In this document: positions 10,901-18,572 of the stretch, piece after piece
Numbering within the stretch: the first letter of the stretch is position 1
Layout of the letters: each line of letters begins with the position of its first letter
Assembly: GCA_965219415.1 (NCBI GenBank)
Contig: CBDCNP010000002.1
Location: 768,001 to 832,000, forward strand
Source of the DNA: Candidatus Marinacidobacterales bacterium
Lineage (GTDB): Bacteria > Acidobacteriota > Vicinamibacteria > Marinacidobacterales > DATDRI01
Length of the DNA: 64,000 nucleotides
Direction: 5' to 3'
Position numbers and translations under genes: made by a program
The notes under the pieces: generated by a model
The model's input: only the letters and a program-made list of their open reading frames with translations
Database searches by the model: none
Told to the model about the DNA's origin: nothing

Positions 10901-11127
10901 CCAGGCTGGAGTCCCGCGACTCGGTAGCGCCCTTGGTCATCCGTTGTCACATCGAGGGTGCCCCTCTTTAGTGCAGGGCTTTCCACGGTCACTGTGACAT
11001 TGGGGAGAACGGCACCCTGGGAATCGCGAACGACGCCGTGAATCGTCGCGGTAATCTGCCCAAAGACGACGGGCACCAAACATGTCAAGGCCAGAAAAAG
11101 AACTAACACTCTACCCGTGTGCTTCAT
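7933..11127 (-). CDS. TonB-dependent receptor with carboxypeptidase-regulatory-like N-domain (Oar-like)
   Basis: Start reassigned to ATG 11127 (GGAGG upstream). PLNGRQF, AIQEF..YQAEFG, NLGVRYD and C-terminal GREVQIGVRFEF. Confidence 0.92.
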   Translation of the reverse strand: MKHTGRVLVLFLALTCLVPVVFGQITATIHGVVRDSQGAVLPNVTVTVESPALKRGTLDVTTDDQGRYRVAGLQPGVYTLTAELASFQRELVEGTELALNTDVQVDITLRLAGVQEAVTVTADVSLLRESQSDLQALIDNRTINAIPLNGRQFLDLMKLVPGTAPRDPLIDQGADVTVFGERATSNSFLVDGLDNNNPFSRSFAEFFIQDAIQEFEVLLGGYQAEFGRATGAVANVVTRSGTNDFHGSVFGYFRDGALDSSNIEGQEAPALERQEFGGTLGGPIARDRTYFFGAFQLFREKRGIIFDQSILPQIVRDGYFSPALGTEPFDETPLDRRITSFFKLDHTFNRKNQLSVTFNLNRGINDFLIPSGTGERSGGPPPPIFLPSSASDLELDSTSVNGRYTTFFGDTAFLESSLRFNRIRFGENLEKIQSEEVFAPITHVPDFVVWLSGASVLRTVDRTTDQFQWMESLSYFKDTDSLGSHSFKLGIDYLRNELDHFIVFSDFIILGNTALDVEGRYEELGYDISMQRADKGLEEIVGPNKRAQGTVNNWALFLQDSWSVTPGFTLNLGVRYDYSSLLSDDKNNFGPRLGFAYDVGNRGKTVIRGSLGRFYDSNVLEAIARTPELGGISNQEFDFQIIPRGGAFYNNPSIGAWGVLQDSGTRWLSNPNLYSYLIPEGDVRTSGNLTITGRGEPYIMYELLGIPVNDPATPPVLNFASIPELTGGRLTPEEALAILNGFFPGPECDQFEFLRETGENSVNLGRPLIFKFRNCEPEIVRIQTLGEQKLPHTDSFNIGIEQALGEDLSLEAQLFVRRTRDLMTLRVTNLLEVPVAASCKGNTVDGSPCNAQLEPIGFLDTNAFVLSLVKRFSDGYAFAANYTYTDATDNLTNPRIPTVFGESSFLLNNFPERDIGRSLNTPEHVFVFSGLSKLPYGIDLSGVLRAMSGRPFNAAGLPLDSDGDSLFDTRLLGTEKGGFTTGHFFNIDVRFAKEFHLGEDARLLGLVEIFNLTNRLNPLQVFNVCQDSTGDGLPDPAGCGGGSFGDAVTGSPGREVQIGVRFEF

Positions 11128-11316
11128 AACAACCTCCAAATGTGGTTTGAGGAACACTTTTGGGGGACCGATAAGAAAGGAGCTGCGAAAGCCCGTATCC
11201 GCGCCGGTAGGTTTGGTGCGTTAGGCGTGGCTCAGACGCGGAGGCTTGTGGATACCAGGAATATGTGGCTAGGTGCTCTAGGTCAATAGTGCAAATGGCC
11301 CGGTTTTTGAATTTTG

Positions 11317-11340
11317 ACACTCTACCCGTGTGCTTCATAA
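11317..11340. repeat. Exact 24-bp copy of the TonB receptor start-codon region
   Basis: ACACTCTACCCGTGTGCTTCATAA occurs at 11106-11129 and 11317-11340. Confidence 0.85.
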
Positions 11341-11486
11341 GGCTTGTCACGAGTTCCGGGCCGAGTTGCAGGGATTCGCTCCATTCAGAATCCCAAGGTG
11401 CCAATCGCTCGCCGTTGTTGCTCGAACGGCTGTTGCCAGTCTCGAGGCACTCTATAGCAAGGCACCATCTTTCTGTCAAGGCGTTT

Positions 11487-11967
11487 GGGGATGTCCCGCC
11501 GGATGTTGAATTTGGGGTAGCGGCGGCTCCTTGGCCGGCCTAAGAATAGGTCTGCCAAACAACCGTCTCCAGAGGGGGACAAGGAGCCACCAATGCCTAG
11601 GAAATCAAAGAAGCCAGTAAGAAAGCAAACGCACTCGCCTACGGGCAAGGTAGTTGGCCAAGTCGGTCAGATACTGCTACCGATGATAGCTGGGATCGCG
11701 GCCACGAAGGCGGATCTGACGGAATGGGTGTACGCGCAAGGACTGACAGCTCTGCACCTACTGCTCAGAGAGGACGCCGAGGAGATCGCGGGGCTCAAGG
11801 GCAAGCACGAGAAGGAGCGAACTCATAACCACTGGGGGAGCACGAACGGAGAGCTGAGCTTCGGTGGTCGTCGCATCCAAGTGTCGCGACCTCGAGTTCG
11901 CTCGAAGTCGGGGCGAGGAGGCGTCGCTTCCACACTTCGAAGCCTTCCGCGAAGAAGACCCGCTTCC
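11487..11967 (+). mobile_element. Truncated IS256-family element (left IR + 5' part of transposase, frameshifted)
   Basis: IR GGGATGTCCC..TGTTGAATTTGG is shared with 62927. ORF starts at 11593. 11873-11967 matches the reverse complement of ~63907-64000 except one extra G. Confidence 0.85.
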
Positions 11968-12164
11968 GGGCCCGGTCAGCGCCCGTTCTCCTACTTGGGC
12001 GCAAACGTGGCACTCCTCGAAAATCGGGATTAGAGACGAATCCCGAAAATGAGGCCTTTTCCGCCCTTCTAGCACGTCTCTGGTGCCACCTATCCTTGCA
12101 AAACCCCGCCAACCGCACGGAAAATCTCATCCGTCTCTGCAGTGCCACAATTGGCCAGACTAGG

Positions 12165-12241
12165 TGGCGGGGCCGACGAGATTCGAACTCGCGACCTCCG
12201 GCGTGACAGGCCGGCGTTCTAACCAGCTGAACTACGACCCC
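12165..12241 (-). tRNA. tRNA-Asp (GTC)
   Basis: GGGGTCGTAGTTCAGCTGGTTAGAACGCCGGCCTGTCACGCCGGAGGTCGCGAGTTCGAATCTCGTCGGCCCCGCCA; cloverleaf with encoded CCA. Confidence 0.97.
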
Positions 12242-12305
12242 GCTCGGTCGTTGGCAGGCATTCCTAACGGGTTTTTGGAAACCCCCGCCTTGGAAAGCGA
12301 GAGGG

Positions 12306-12335
12306 AGTATAGCGGTCACCCCACAGCTTTGTCAA
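12306..12335 (-). promoter_or_regulatory. sigma70-type promoter for tRNA-Asp
   Basis: TTGACA-N18-TATACT on the minus strand. Confidence 0.7.
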
Positions 12336-12350
12336 TCTGAGACGCCCTTC

Positions 12351-12383
12351 GGTAGTGTCCTAATTTGAAATTAGGACACTACC
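12351..12383. repeat. Perfect 16-bp-arm palindrome (REP-like)
   Basis: GGTAGTGTCCTAATTT-G-AAATTAGGACACTACC. Confidence 0.75.
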
Positions 12384-12537
12384 CGTCCTTCCTCGTAGGT
12401 CACCCCAATAGCACCAAATCAGCCCCCATTAACAAGCTAAGCCTCATCGGGACAAAGCCCTTAAAACCTCAAGTTTCGCTTGAAGTGTTCGTACTCTCTG
12501 TGATATTTTGCAATGTTTGTACTAATGTTGGGATGAT

Positions 12538-12816
12538 ATGAGGCTGACTCGGAACCAAGTTGAGTTCATCGCCCACCGGATCGCCAAGGATCTTATCGAG
12601 CAGGGGCACATCGAATCCGACGACCCGGCCAAGCTGATCGGTGGATTCGTCGATTTAATTACCCAAGAGCTCATGGTCGAAGACCAGCTGAACGATGAGG
12701 TTCGAGATATCCTGACCCAGCACGCCGAGGAGATGCGGCGCACGAATGTCGAGTATCGCGAGATGTTCAAGATGATCAAGAAGAAGCTGGCTCGAGAGAG
12801 GAAGATTATTCTTTAA
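12538..12816 (+). CDS. DUF507 family protein
   Basis: MRL..Q..IA, EDQLNDEVRDIL, YREMFKMIKKKLARERKIIL. Confidence 0.8.
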   Translation: MRLTRNQVEFIAHRIAKDLIEQGHIESDDPAKLIGGFVDLITQELMVEDQLNDEVRDILTQHAEEMRRTNVEYREMFKMIKKKLARERKIIL

Positions 12817-12827
12817 GGATCAAAAGG

Positions 12828-13112
12828 ATGCGGCTCTCGCACGGGAAAATCAATCACATCACCAACCTTCTGATGGACCACTTGCGCATCAACCCCGAGG
12901 TGGAGTTCTTCAGCGATGACAGCGAGATCCGCCTGGACATCGTCCGCGTTATCAACGGGGAACTGAAGGACGATGAGGTCATCGACATCGAAGTCAGGCG
13001 GAAGATCGAAAGCCAGCAGCGCGACATCCCCGAAGGCAGTGAAGAGTGGGACATCCTTTACCGCCGATATTACGACGAGGAAATGACCAAGCGGCGCAAA
13101 GTTATTCCCTGA
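12828..13112 (+). CDS. DUF507 family protein (second paralog)
   Basis: MRLSHGKINHI..IPEGSEEWDILYRRYYDEE; tandem pair. Confidence 0.8.
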   Translation: MRLSHGKINHITNLLMDHLRINPEVEFFSDDSEIRLDIVRVINGELKDDEVIDIEVRRKIESQQRDIPEGSEEWDILYRRYYDEEMTKRRKVIP

Positions 13113-13118
13113 CCCACC

Positions 13119-13661
13119 TCAATTTATCCTCCACCAAAGCAACAAGCCCGCCGCGAAGCACCCCAGAACCGTTACGTGCTCCCGGTTCTCGATCACTCTT
13201 TTCCAAGAGAACGCGTGTCCTTGAACCGAGCTCCCTTTGCGGCCGGGCACGGGCAACAGCAACGGCACCTCGCGGGCAAAGTCAGCGTAGGCATCAGGAT
13301 GAGCCTCGTGGAGGCTAGCCGCCTCGGCCTTCATCACCGGGACGTAGACCCCCAGCAGGAATGCCGCGAGCAGCAGCCCGACTTCCCACCGCCCGGTGGC
13401 TACCGCGAAGCCGATCCCAACCAAGAAGCTTCCCAGGTAGAGCGGATTGCGCGTCCGTCGGTAGGGCCCGCTCCGAGTGAGCCCCTTCCACTTGACCAGA
13501 TGCCCGGAAGCCCAGATTCGAATCGCTTCGCCGACCACGGTGAGCGCCAACCCGATGGCGAGAAAGGTTGGGGTGGGTCGGGCGAGCCAGACGGCCCCTA
13601 GGCCCAAAACCCAGCCCAAGGGCACTCGCAAGCGGACCAGGGGTCCGGAAAGTTTCTTCAT
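13119..13661 (-). CDS. Isoprenylcysteine carboxyl methyltransferase/PEMT-family membrane protein
   Basis: GEAIRIWASG, LTRSGPY..TRNPLYLG; several TM segments. Confidence 0.85.
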   Translation of the reverse strand: MKKLSGPLVRLRVPLGWVLGLGAVWLARPTPTFLAIGLALTVVGEAIRIWASGHLVKWKGLTRSGPYRRTRNPLYLGSFLVGIGFAVATGRWEVGLLLAAFLLGVYVPVMKAEAASLHEAHPDAYADFAREVPLLLPVPGRKGSSVQGHAFSWKRVIENREHVTVLGCFAAGLLLWWRIN

Positions 13662-13664
13662 TTA

Positions 13665-13684
13665 CAAGTGCCACCCACTTGGTG
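13665..13684. repeat. REP-like 20-bp hairpin element
   Basis: CAAGTGCCACCCACTTGGTG has an exact reverse complement at 47552-47571. Confidence 0.65.
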
Positions 13685-13909
13685 GTGGAGTCTATCACAG
13701 CTCCATTTGGGCTCAGAACAGACGTATTCCAGTGGATTTTCAATGATTTAGCTATTAGTGTAATAATATCAGATTTAAACTCATTAATCTTATTATTAAA
13801 TATCATATTTATTTATTATCTACTAATCATATGCTATTATTACTTCTAGAGATTGAAGAGGAGCGGGCCCCGAAGCCCAATCCCAAACATTCGTGAGGAG
13901 GAGATAGAT

Positions 13910-14341
13910 ATGATAACACTCGTTCGATGGAATCCCTGGAGGGACTTTGGCTCTTTGGCTCGGACGTTCGACCGAAGTTTAGATCGCAGTGAGGATTTCT
14001 TTGGAAGCTGGTCTCCGGCAGTCGACATTTTCGACAACGCCGGCGAGATCGTGTTGAAGGCCGAGTTGCCCGGGCTCAAGAAGGAAGACATCGACATCAA
14101 CGTCGAGGACAACCTTCTGACCGTACGCGGTGAGAGAAAGCGGGAGAAGGAAGTCACTGATAATGACAAGGGCGTCTTCAGGTCCGAAAGAGCCTTTGGC
14201 TCATTCAGCCGGTCCTTTACGTTGCCGACCACGGTGGCGGTGGACAAGATCAACGCCAGCTACAAGGATGGCGTCTTGACCCTCACTCTGCCCAAGGCCG
14301 AAGAGGCCAAGCCGCGACAGATCGCGATCGAGGCTGCGTAA
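13910..14341 (+). CDS. Hsp20/alpha-crystallin small heat-shock protein
   Basis: AELPG, ERAFGSFSRSFTLP, ASYKDGVLTLTLPK; strong SD before ATG 13910. Confidence 0.95.
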   Translation: MITLVRWNPWRDFGSLARTFDRSLDRSEDFFGSWSPAVDIFDNAGEIVLKAELPGLKKEDIDINVEDNLLTVRGERKREKEVTDNDKGVFRSERAFGSFSRSFTLPTTVAVDKINASYKDGVLTLTLPKAEEAKPRQIAIEAA

Positions 14342-14362
14342 GCTTACGGCGCGTTTTTCGAG

Positions 14363-14394
14363 AAGAGCTACCCACGAGGTAGCTCTTTTTTTTT
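14363..14394 (+). terminator. Rho-independent terminator
   Basis: AAGAGCTACC-cacga-GGTAGCTCTT followed by a T run. Confidence 0.85.
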
Positions 14395-14398
14395 GCGC

Positions 14399-15433
14399 TC
14401 AAGCTCCGTTCAAGCGATCGCGGACCGCGTCCATCACCTCCGGGACCGACATCGAGCGCAGACAGACGGTGTCGAACCCTGGGCAGCGCCTCTTGTAACA
14501 AGGACTGCAAGGTACCGATTTCCAAACCACCACGTCCCCTTTCCCAAAGGGACCGTTTCGCGCCGGATCGGTCGGGCCGAAAACTCCGACTACCGAAACT
14601 CCAAGCGCACACGCAATGTGAAGCGGGCCGGTGTCGCCACCCACGAAAAGGCGCGCTCTCTCGAGATAGGGGATCATTTCCTTAAGCCCAGTCGCCGGAG
14701 CGCGTCGCGCCGCTCCCGCGGAAGAAGAAACGATCCGTTCCGCTAAATCCTCTTCACCAGGACCCCAAAGCACGAGACTCGGAAGGTTCCATTCTCGTTG
14801 GGTCTCCTGCGCCAGCTTCCCGTACCTCTCGGGACTCCACCGCTTTGTCGGCCAGCCTCCACCAGGATTGAGCGCCACGTAGTCCGAGATGCCGTAAGAA
14901 GCCAGGTCCTCCTCGGCGCGCCGGCGAACCTCTTCTGGTATCGCGATAGGAAAAATGCGCTCCGACGTTTCGACTCCAACGGCACGAAGTAGATAGAGGT
15001 TCCTGTCGATGACGTGCCGCACATCCTCCGGCGGCGAAAGACGCTGGTTGGTGAAAATACTTGCGCCCGATTCCCGGAGATGCTCGCGAGCGAAGCCAAT
15101 CCGTTTCGGGCTCCGGGCGAGCCGGCTCAACACCCCGGACTTCAGCAACCCTTGGAAGTCGAATACGGCATCGTAGCGCCGCGCCCGCAATGCGCGCAGA
15201 CCTTCTCCGATTTGGCCCCAGGTCGCGGGAGAGTACAGTCGCCTTCTCCAAGCCAGCGTGTCGACTTCCAACAAGCCGTCGAGGAAGGGGTTCCCGACTA
15301 GGATCTCTTTCGTGCGCGACTCCACGAGCCAATCGATGTGAGCTTCGGGGAACACTTGACGAAGCGCCGCCAGGGCGGGAAGTGTGTGAACGATGTCTCC
15401 GATCGAGCCGAGCCGAACGATGAGAAAGTTCAA
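14399..15433 (-). CDS. waaC: Lipopolysaccharide heptosyltransferase I (GT9)
   Basis: LIVRLGSIGDIVHTLP, DFQGLLKS, DTGPLH; LPS operon context. Confidence 0.85.
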   Translation of the reverse strand: MNFLIVRLGSIGDIVHTLPALAALRQVFPEAHIDWLVESRTKEILVGNPFLDGLLEVDTLAWRRRLYSPATWGQIGEGLRALRARRYDAVFDFQGLLKSGVLSRLARSPKRIGFAREHLRESGASIFTNQRLSPPEDVRHVIDRNLYLLRAVGVETSERIFPIAIPEEVRRRAEEDLASYGISDYVALNPGGGWPTKRWSPERYGKLAQETQREWNLPSLVLWGPGEEDLAERIVSSSAGAARRAPATGLKEMIPYLERARLFVGGDTGPLHIACALGVSVVGVFGPTDPARNGPFGKGDVVVWKSVPCSPCYKRRCPGFDTVCLRSMSVPEVMDAVRDRLNGA

Positions 15434-15912
15434 GGTTTCGAGAACCGTTCTCGCAAGAGCGCGATGAGATCCCGTGTCGAATGATCTTTCGGATCACCCA
15501 CGATCTTGGTGCTACCTCCGATCCGCTTCATCTCCTCGCGCTCTGGAACGCTCTCCTCCGTGTAGTCGGTGCCCTTGCAATGGACGTCCGGCCGGAGAGA
15601 ATCGATGAGGGAGGCCACGGTCTCGTCTTCGAAGATCACCACTAAGTCTACCGCGCCGACAGCGGCGAGGAGCTCGGCGCGAGCATCGGCGTTGAGAAAG
15701 GGACGCCCGGGCCCTTTGAGTGTTGCCACCGAACGATCGCCGTTCACCGCCACGATGAGCAGATCGCCTTCGGCCTTGGCACCCTCGAGATAGCGTACGT
15801 GACCTACGTGGATGAGGTCGAAGCAGCCGTTGGCAAGAACGACCCGCTTTCCTGCGTTACGGGCTTCCGCTGCGAGACGACTGGCCGCCTCGAGATCGAC
15901 TCGCTGACCCAA
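15430..15912 (-). CDS. rfaE2: D-glycero-beta-D-manno-heptose 1-phosphate adenylyltransferase (RfaE domain II)
   Basis: NGCFDLIHVGHVRYL, KGPGRP, KGTDY. Confidence 0.9.
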   Translation of the reverse strand: MGQRVDLEAASRLAAEARNAGKRVVLANGCFDLIHVGHVRYLEGAKAEGDLLIVAVNGDRSVATLKGPGRPFLNADARAELLAAVGAVDLVVIFEDETVASLIDSLRPDVHCKGTDYTEESVPEREEMKRIGGSTKIVGDPKDHSTRDLIALLRERFSKP

Positions 15913-15913
15913 G

Positions 15914-16933
15914 TCAGTCCTTTTTGTGGGTGTTTACCGCGGCCGCCAGCTCATCTCGAGAGACCGTCGCGGTCCCCCTCTTCATGACGACGATGCCCCC
16001 GGCGTAGTTAGCTAGTAGTGCGGCTTCATGGAAAGTCGCTCCCGCCCCAACCGCCAAGGTGAAGGTGCTGATGACGGTATCGCCGGCACCGGTTACGTCC
16101 GCGACCTCGTCGGTGCCGAAGACCGAGATGCATTTCGTCTGCCGGCGGGGCTCGAAGAGCATCATGCCCTTGCTTCCCCGGGTCATCAAGATCGCCTGGC
16201 CCCGGAGGCGCCGAAGCATCTGGCGGCCCGACTGCTCAAGGGCTTCCGCGTCGTCACCGATACTCAGGCCGAGGGCCACCTCGACTTCCGGCTCGTTGGG
16301 AGTCGCGGCAGCAAAGCCAGGGTAGTCAAGAATATTGTAGCGGGAGTCGAGAATTGCCAGCTTGCGAAGCGAGTTTGCACGGGTCGCGAGCGAGCGAGCC
16401 ATCTCCGGCGTGAAAAGCCCATACCCATAGTCGGAGGCCATCACCACGTCCGCCCTGGGAAGGAGCTCGGCAATGGCGCGCTGAAGCTCGCGCCGAAAAC
16501 CACCGGCGGAGTTCACGTGACTATCTCGATCGATCCGCACGACTTGCTGCTTGGTCGAATGAACGCCACCGGCGAGGATGCGCGTCTTGGTCGGTGTCTG
16601 GTAGCGAGCCGGAGTCAAGATCGCCGAAGTGTTGATACGAGAGCGGCGGAAACCGGCGAGCAGCTCTTTCCCGGAACCGTCCTTGCCCACCAGCCCCACC
16701 GTCATGGGTCGACCGCCTAAAGAAGCGATGTTGGCAACCGCATTCCCACCGCCACCCGGAACCACCTGGGTGCGATCGTGGTTCAAGATGAGGACGGGAG
16801 CCTCCCGGCTGACGCGGGAGATACGGCCGTAGACGTACTCGTCGGCGACCAGATCGACGACCGCCAGCACTTTGACCCGACCGAATCGATTGACGAGGTC
16901 GAGGAGCCGCCCACGTGTTGGCTCGTACTTCAC
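15914..16933 (-). CDS. rfaE1: D-glycero-beta-D-manno-heptose 7-phosphate kinase (RfaE domain I, PfkB family)
   Basis: RVSREAPVL, SDYGYG, TPNEPE, DVTGAGDTV. Start reassigned to GTG 16933, overlapping the gmhB stop. Confidence 0.9.
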   Translation of the reverse strand: MKYEPTRGRLLDLVNRFGRVKVLAVVDLVADEYVYGRISRVSREAPVLILNHDRTQVVPGGGGNAVANIASLGGRPMTVGLVGKDGSGKELLAGFRRSRINTSAILTPARYQTPTKTRILAGGVHSTKQQVVRIDRDSHVNSAGGFRRELQRAIAELLPRADVVMASDYGYGLFTPEMARSLATRANSLRKLAILDSRYNILDYPGFAAATPNEPEVEVALGLSIGDDAEALEQSGRQMLRRLRGQAILMTRGSKGMMLFEPRRQTKCISVFGTDEVADVTGAGDTVISTFTLAVGAGATFHEAALLANYAGGIVVMKRGTATVSRDELAAAVNTHKKD

Positions 16934-17505
16934 GCTCCGGCCTCCGAGAGATTGTCCGAAAATATATCCATAAGGGCCGAGTAGAGGTTGGGTGCCACCC
17001 AATCGGGTTGGCGCGCCCAGCCGTTTCGCTGATGCTCGTAGTATCCCTGCCCGAAGCCGGTGAGAACCAGCGCGGAGCGTGCTCCGACACTCCAGCCCAA
17101 TTCCAGATCGGAATAGGCATCGCCGATGACGACGGAGCGGGCCAGATCGACATCGAGCTCTGCTTGGGCTCTGTGCAGCATGCCCGGTTTGGGCTTGCGG
17201 CAGTCGCACTCGCTTTGCATGGGCCCATGCGGACAGTAGTAGATAGCGTCGAGATGTACCCCGGCGTCGGACAGGGTTTTCTCGAACCGGCCGTGAACTT
17301 CGTCCAGCAGTTCTTCCGTGTAGAGTCCGCGAGCGACTCCCGACTGGTTGGTCACCACGATTGCCAGATACCCCTCGCGATTGATCAACCGAATCGCGTC
17401 CACCGTCCAGGGAAACAAACGAAACATGCTCACGTGATTGACGAACCCCACTGGTTTATTGAGCGTTCCGTCGCGATCCAGAAAAATTGCGGGCTTGCTA
17501 CTCAT
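16930..17505 (-). CDS. gmhB: D,D-heptose 1,7-bisphosphate phosphatase
   Basis: FLDRDGTLN, TNQSG, CPH..CDCRKPKPGM. Confidence 0.92.
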   Translation of the reverse strand: MSSKPAIFLDRDGTLNKPVGFVNHVSMFRLFPWTVDAIRLINREGYLAIVVTNQSGVARGLYTEELLDEVHGRFEKTLSDAGVHLDAIYYCPHGPMQSECDCRKPKPGMLHRAQAELDVDLARSVVIGDAYSDLELGWSVGARSALVLTGFGQGYYEHQRNGWARQPDWVAPNLYSALMDIFSDNLSEAGA

Positions 17506-17516
17506 TGAACTAGTAC

Positions 17517-18572
17517 TCAGGGGGAACCCACTCGGTCTCTCTCACGAGAACCGGTTCCTTCGAGAAGCTCTGCGGACGCGCCGTAGACGTCTTCGACCGT
17601 GACTCGGTCCATGCACCGGTGGTCGATGGGACATTCTTTGAGCAGGCAGGGGCTACACTCCACATGCTGCCGCACGACTCTTGCTCTCGGGCTCAGCGGG
17701 CCAGTTTCGCGTTCATCGGTCGGACCAAAGACCGCGACTGTGGGTACGCCGAGAGCCGACGCCACGTGCATCGGCCCCGAGTCGTTGCTGATTAAAATGG
17801 AAAGTGAGCCCACGAGTCCCATGAGCTCGCCCAACGAGGTTTTTCCCGCTAGGTTGACGGATGGTGATTTCAAGTGAGATTGAATCTCTTCCGCGATACT
17901 TTGCTCCCCGGGCCCGCCCAACACCACGATGCGCGCGTTGTGGGAAGCCGCTAAACGATCGCAAACCTCGGCGTAACGCTCGGGGATCCATCGCTTCGCT
18001 CGACTGTTGGTGGCACCAGCGTGAATCCCAACCAATGCCCGCCCATCGTGGCCGTTGCGGTTTCCCAAAAGCTCGACGGCCTTGGCTCGCATCGGCTCGG
18101 TCAGGTTCAAGTGGTTATCGGGCTGGCCGGTCTCGACGCCCAGATGACGCAACAAATCCAGGTAGTAGTATGTCTGATGACGCCCGAACGGCCTCGGTGC
18201 CGGAGCGATAGGGTTGGTCAGGAGAAGCCCCCGGCCATCGTGCGCGTATCCCCAACGCTCGGGGATCCCGGCCACCCAAACGATGGCTGCGGCGCGAAAC
18301 GAATTCGGAAACAGGACAGCCAGATCGAACTTGGCGTCGCGAAGCATACGAGCAGTTCTGAGCAAACCGCGGACACCACTTGACTCACCAGGATGGTACT
18401 GCAGCGTGTCATCCACCGCCTCACAACCCTCGTAGAGCTCTTCGACCCAAGGCTTCGCAAACACCGTGAGACGTGACTCGGGATAGGCGCGTTTCAAGCT
18501 CCGCAGAGCGCCTAGCGACATCACGGCGTCCCCGATCCAACTCGGCGCGTACACGAGGATGGAGCGATTCAA
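17517..18572 (-). CDS. waaF: Lipopolysaccharide heptosyltransferase II (GT9)
   Basis: PSWIGDAVM, FPNSF, SNDSGPMH. Start reassigned to TTG 18572. Confidence 0.88.
   Translation of the reverse strand: MNRSILVYAPSWIGDAVMSLGALRSLKRAYPESRLTVFAKPWVEELYEGCEAVDDTLQYHPGESSGVRGLLRTARMLRDAKFDLAVLFPNSFRAAAIVWVAGIPERWGYAHDGRGLLLTNPIAPAPRPFGRHQTYYYLDLLRHLGVETGQPDNHLNLTEPMRAKAVELLGNRNGHDGRALVGIHAGATNSRAKRWIPERYAEVCDRLAASHNARIVVLGGPGEQSIAEEIQSHLKSPSVNLAGKTSLGELMGLVGSLSILISNDSGPMHVASALGVPTVAVFGPTDERETGPLSPRARVVRQHVECSPCLLKECPIDHRCMDRVTVEDVYGASAELLEGTGSRERDRVGSP

Noticed and set aside
15914-17209. Long N-terminal extensions of rfaE1 (also lpxK, btuF, deacylase, msrB)
   Set aside because: They overlap neighbouring genes or the riboswitch; better starts with coupling or an SD exist downstream.
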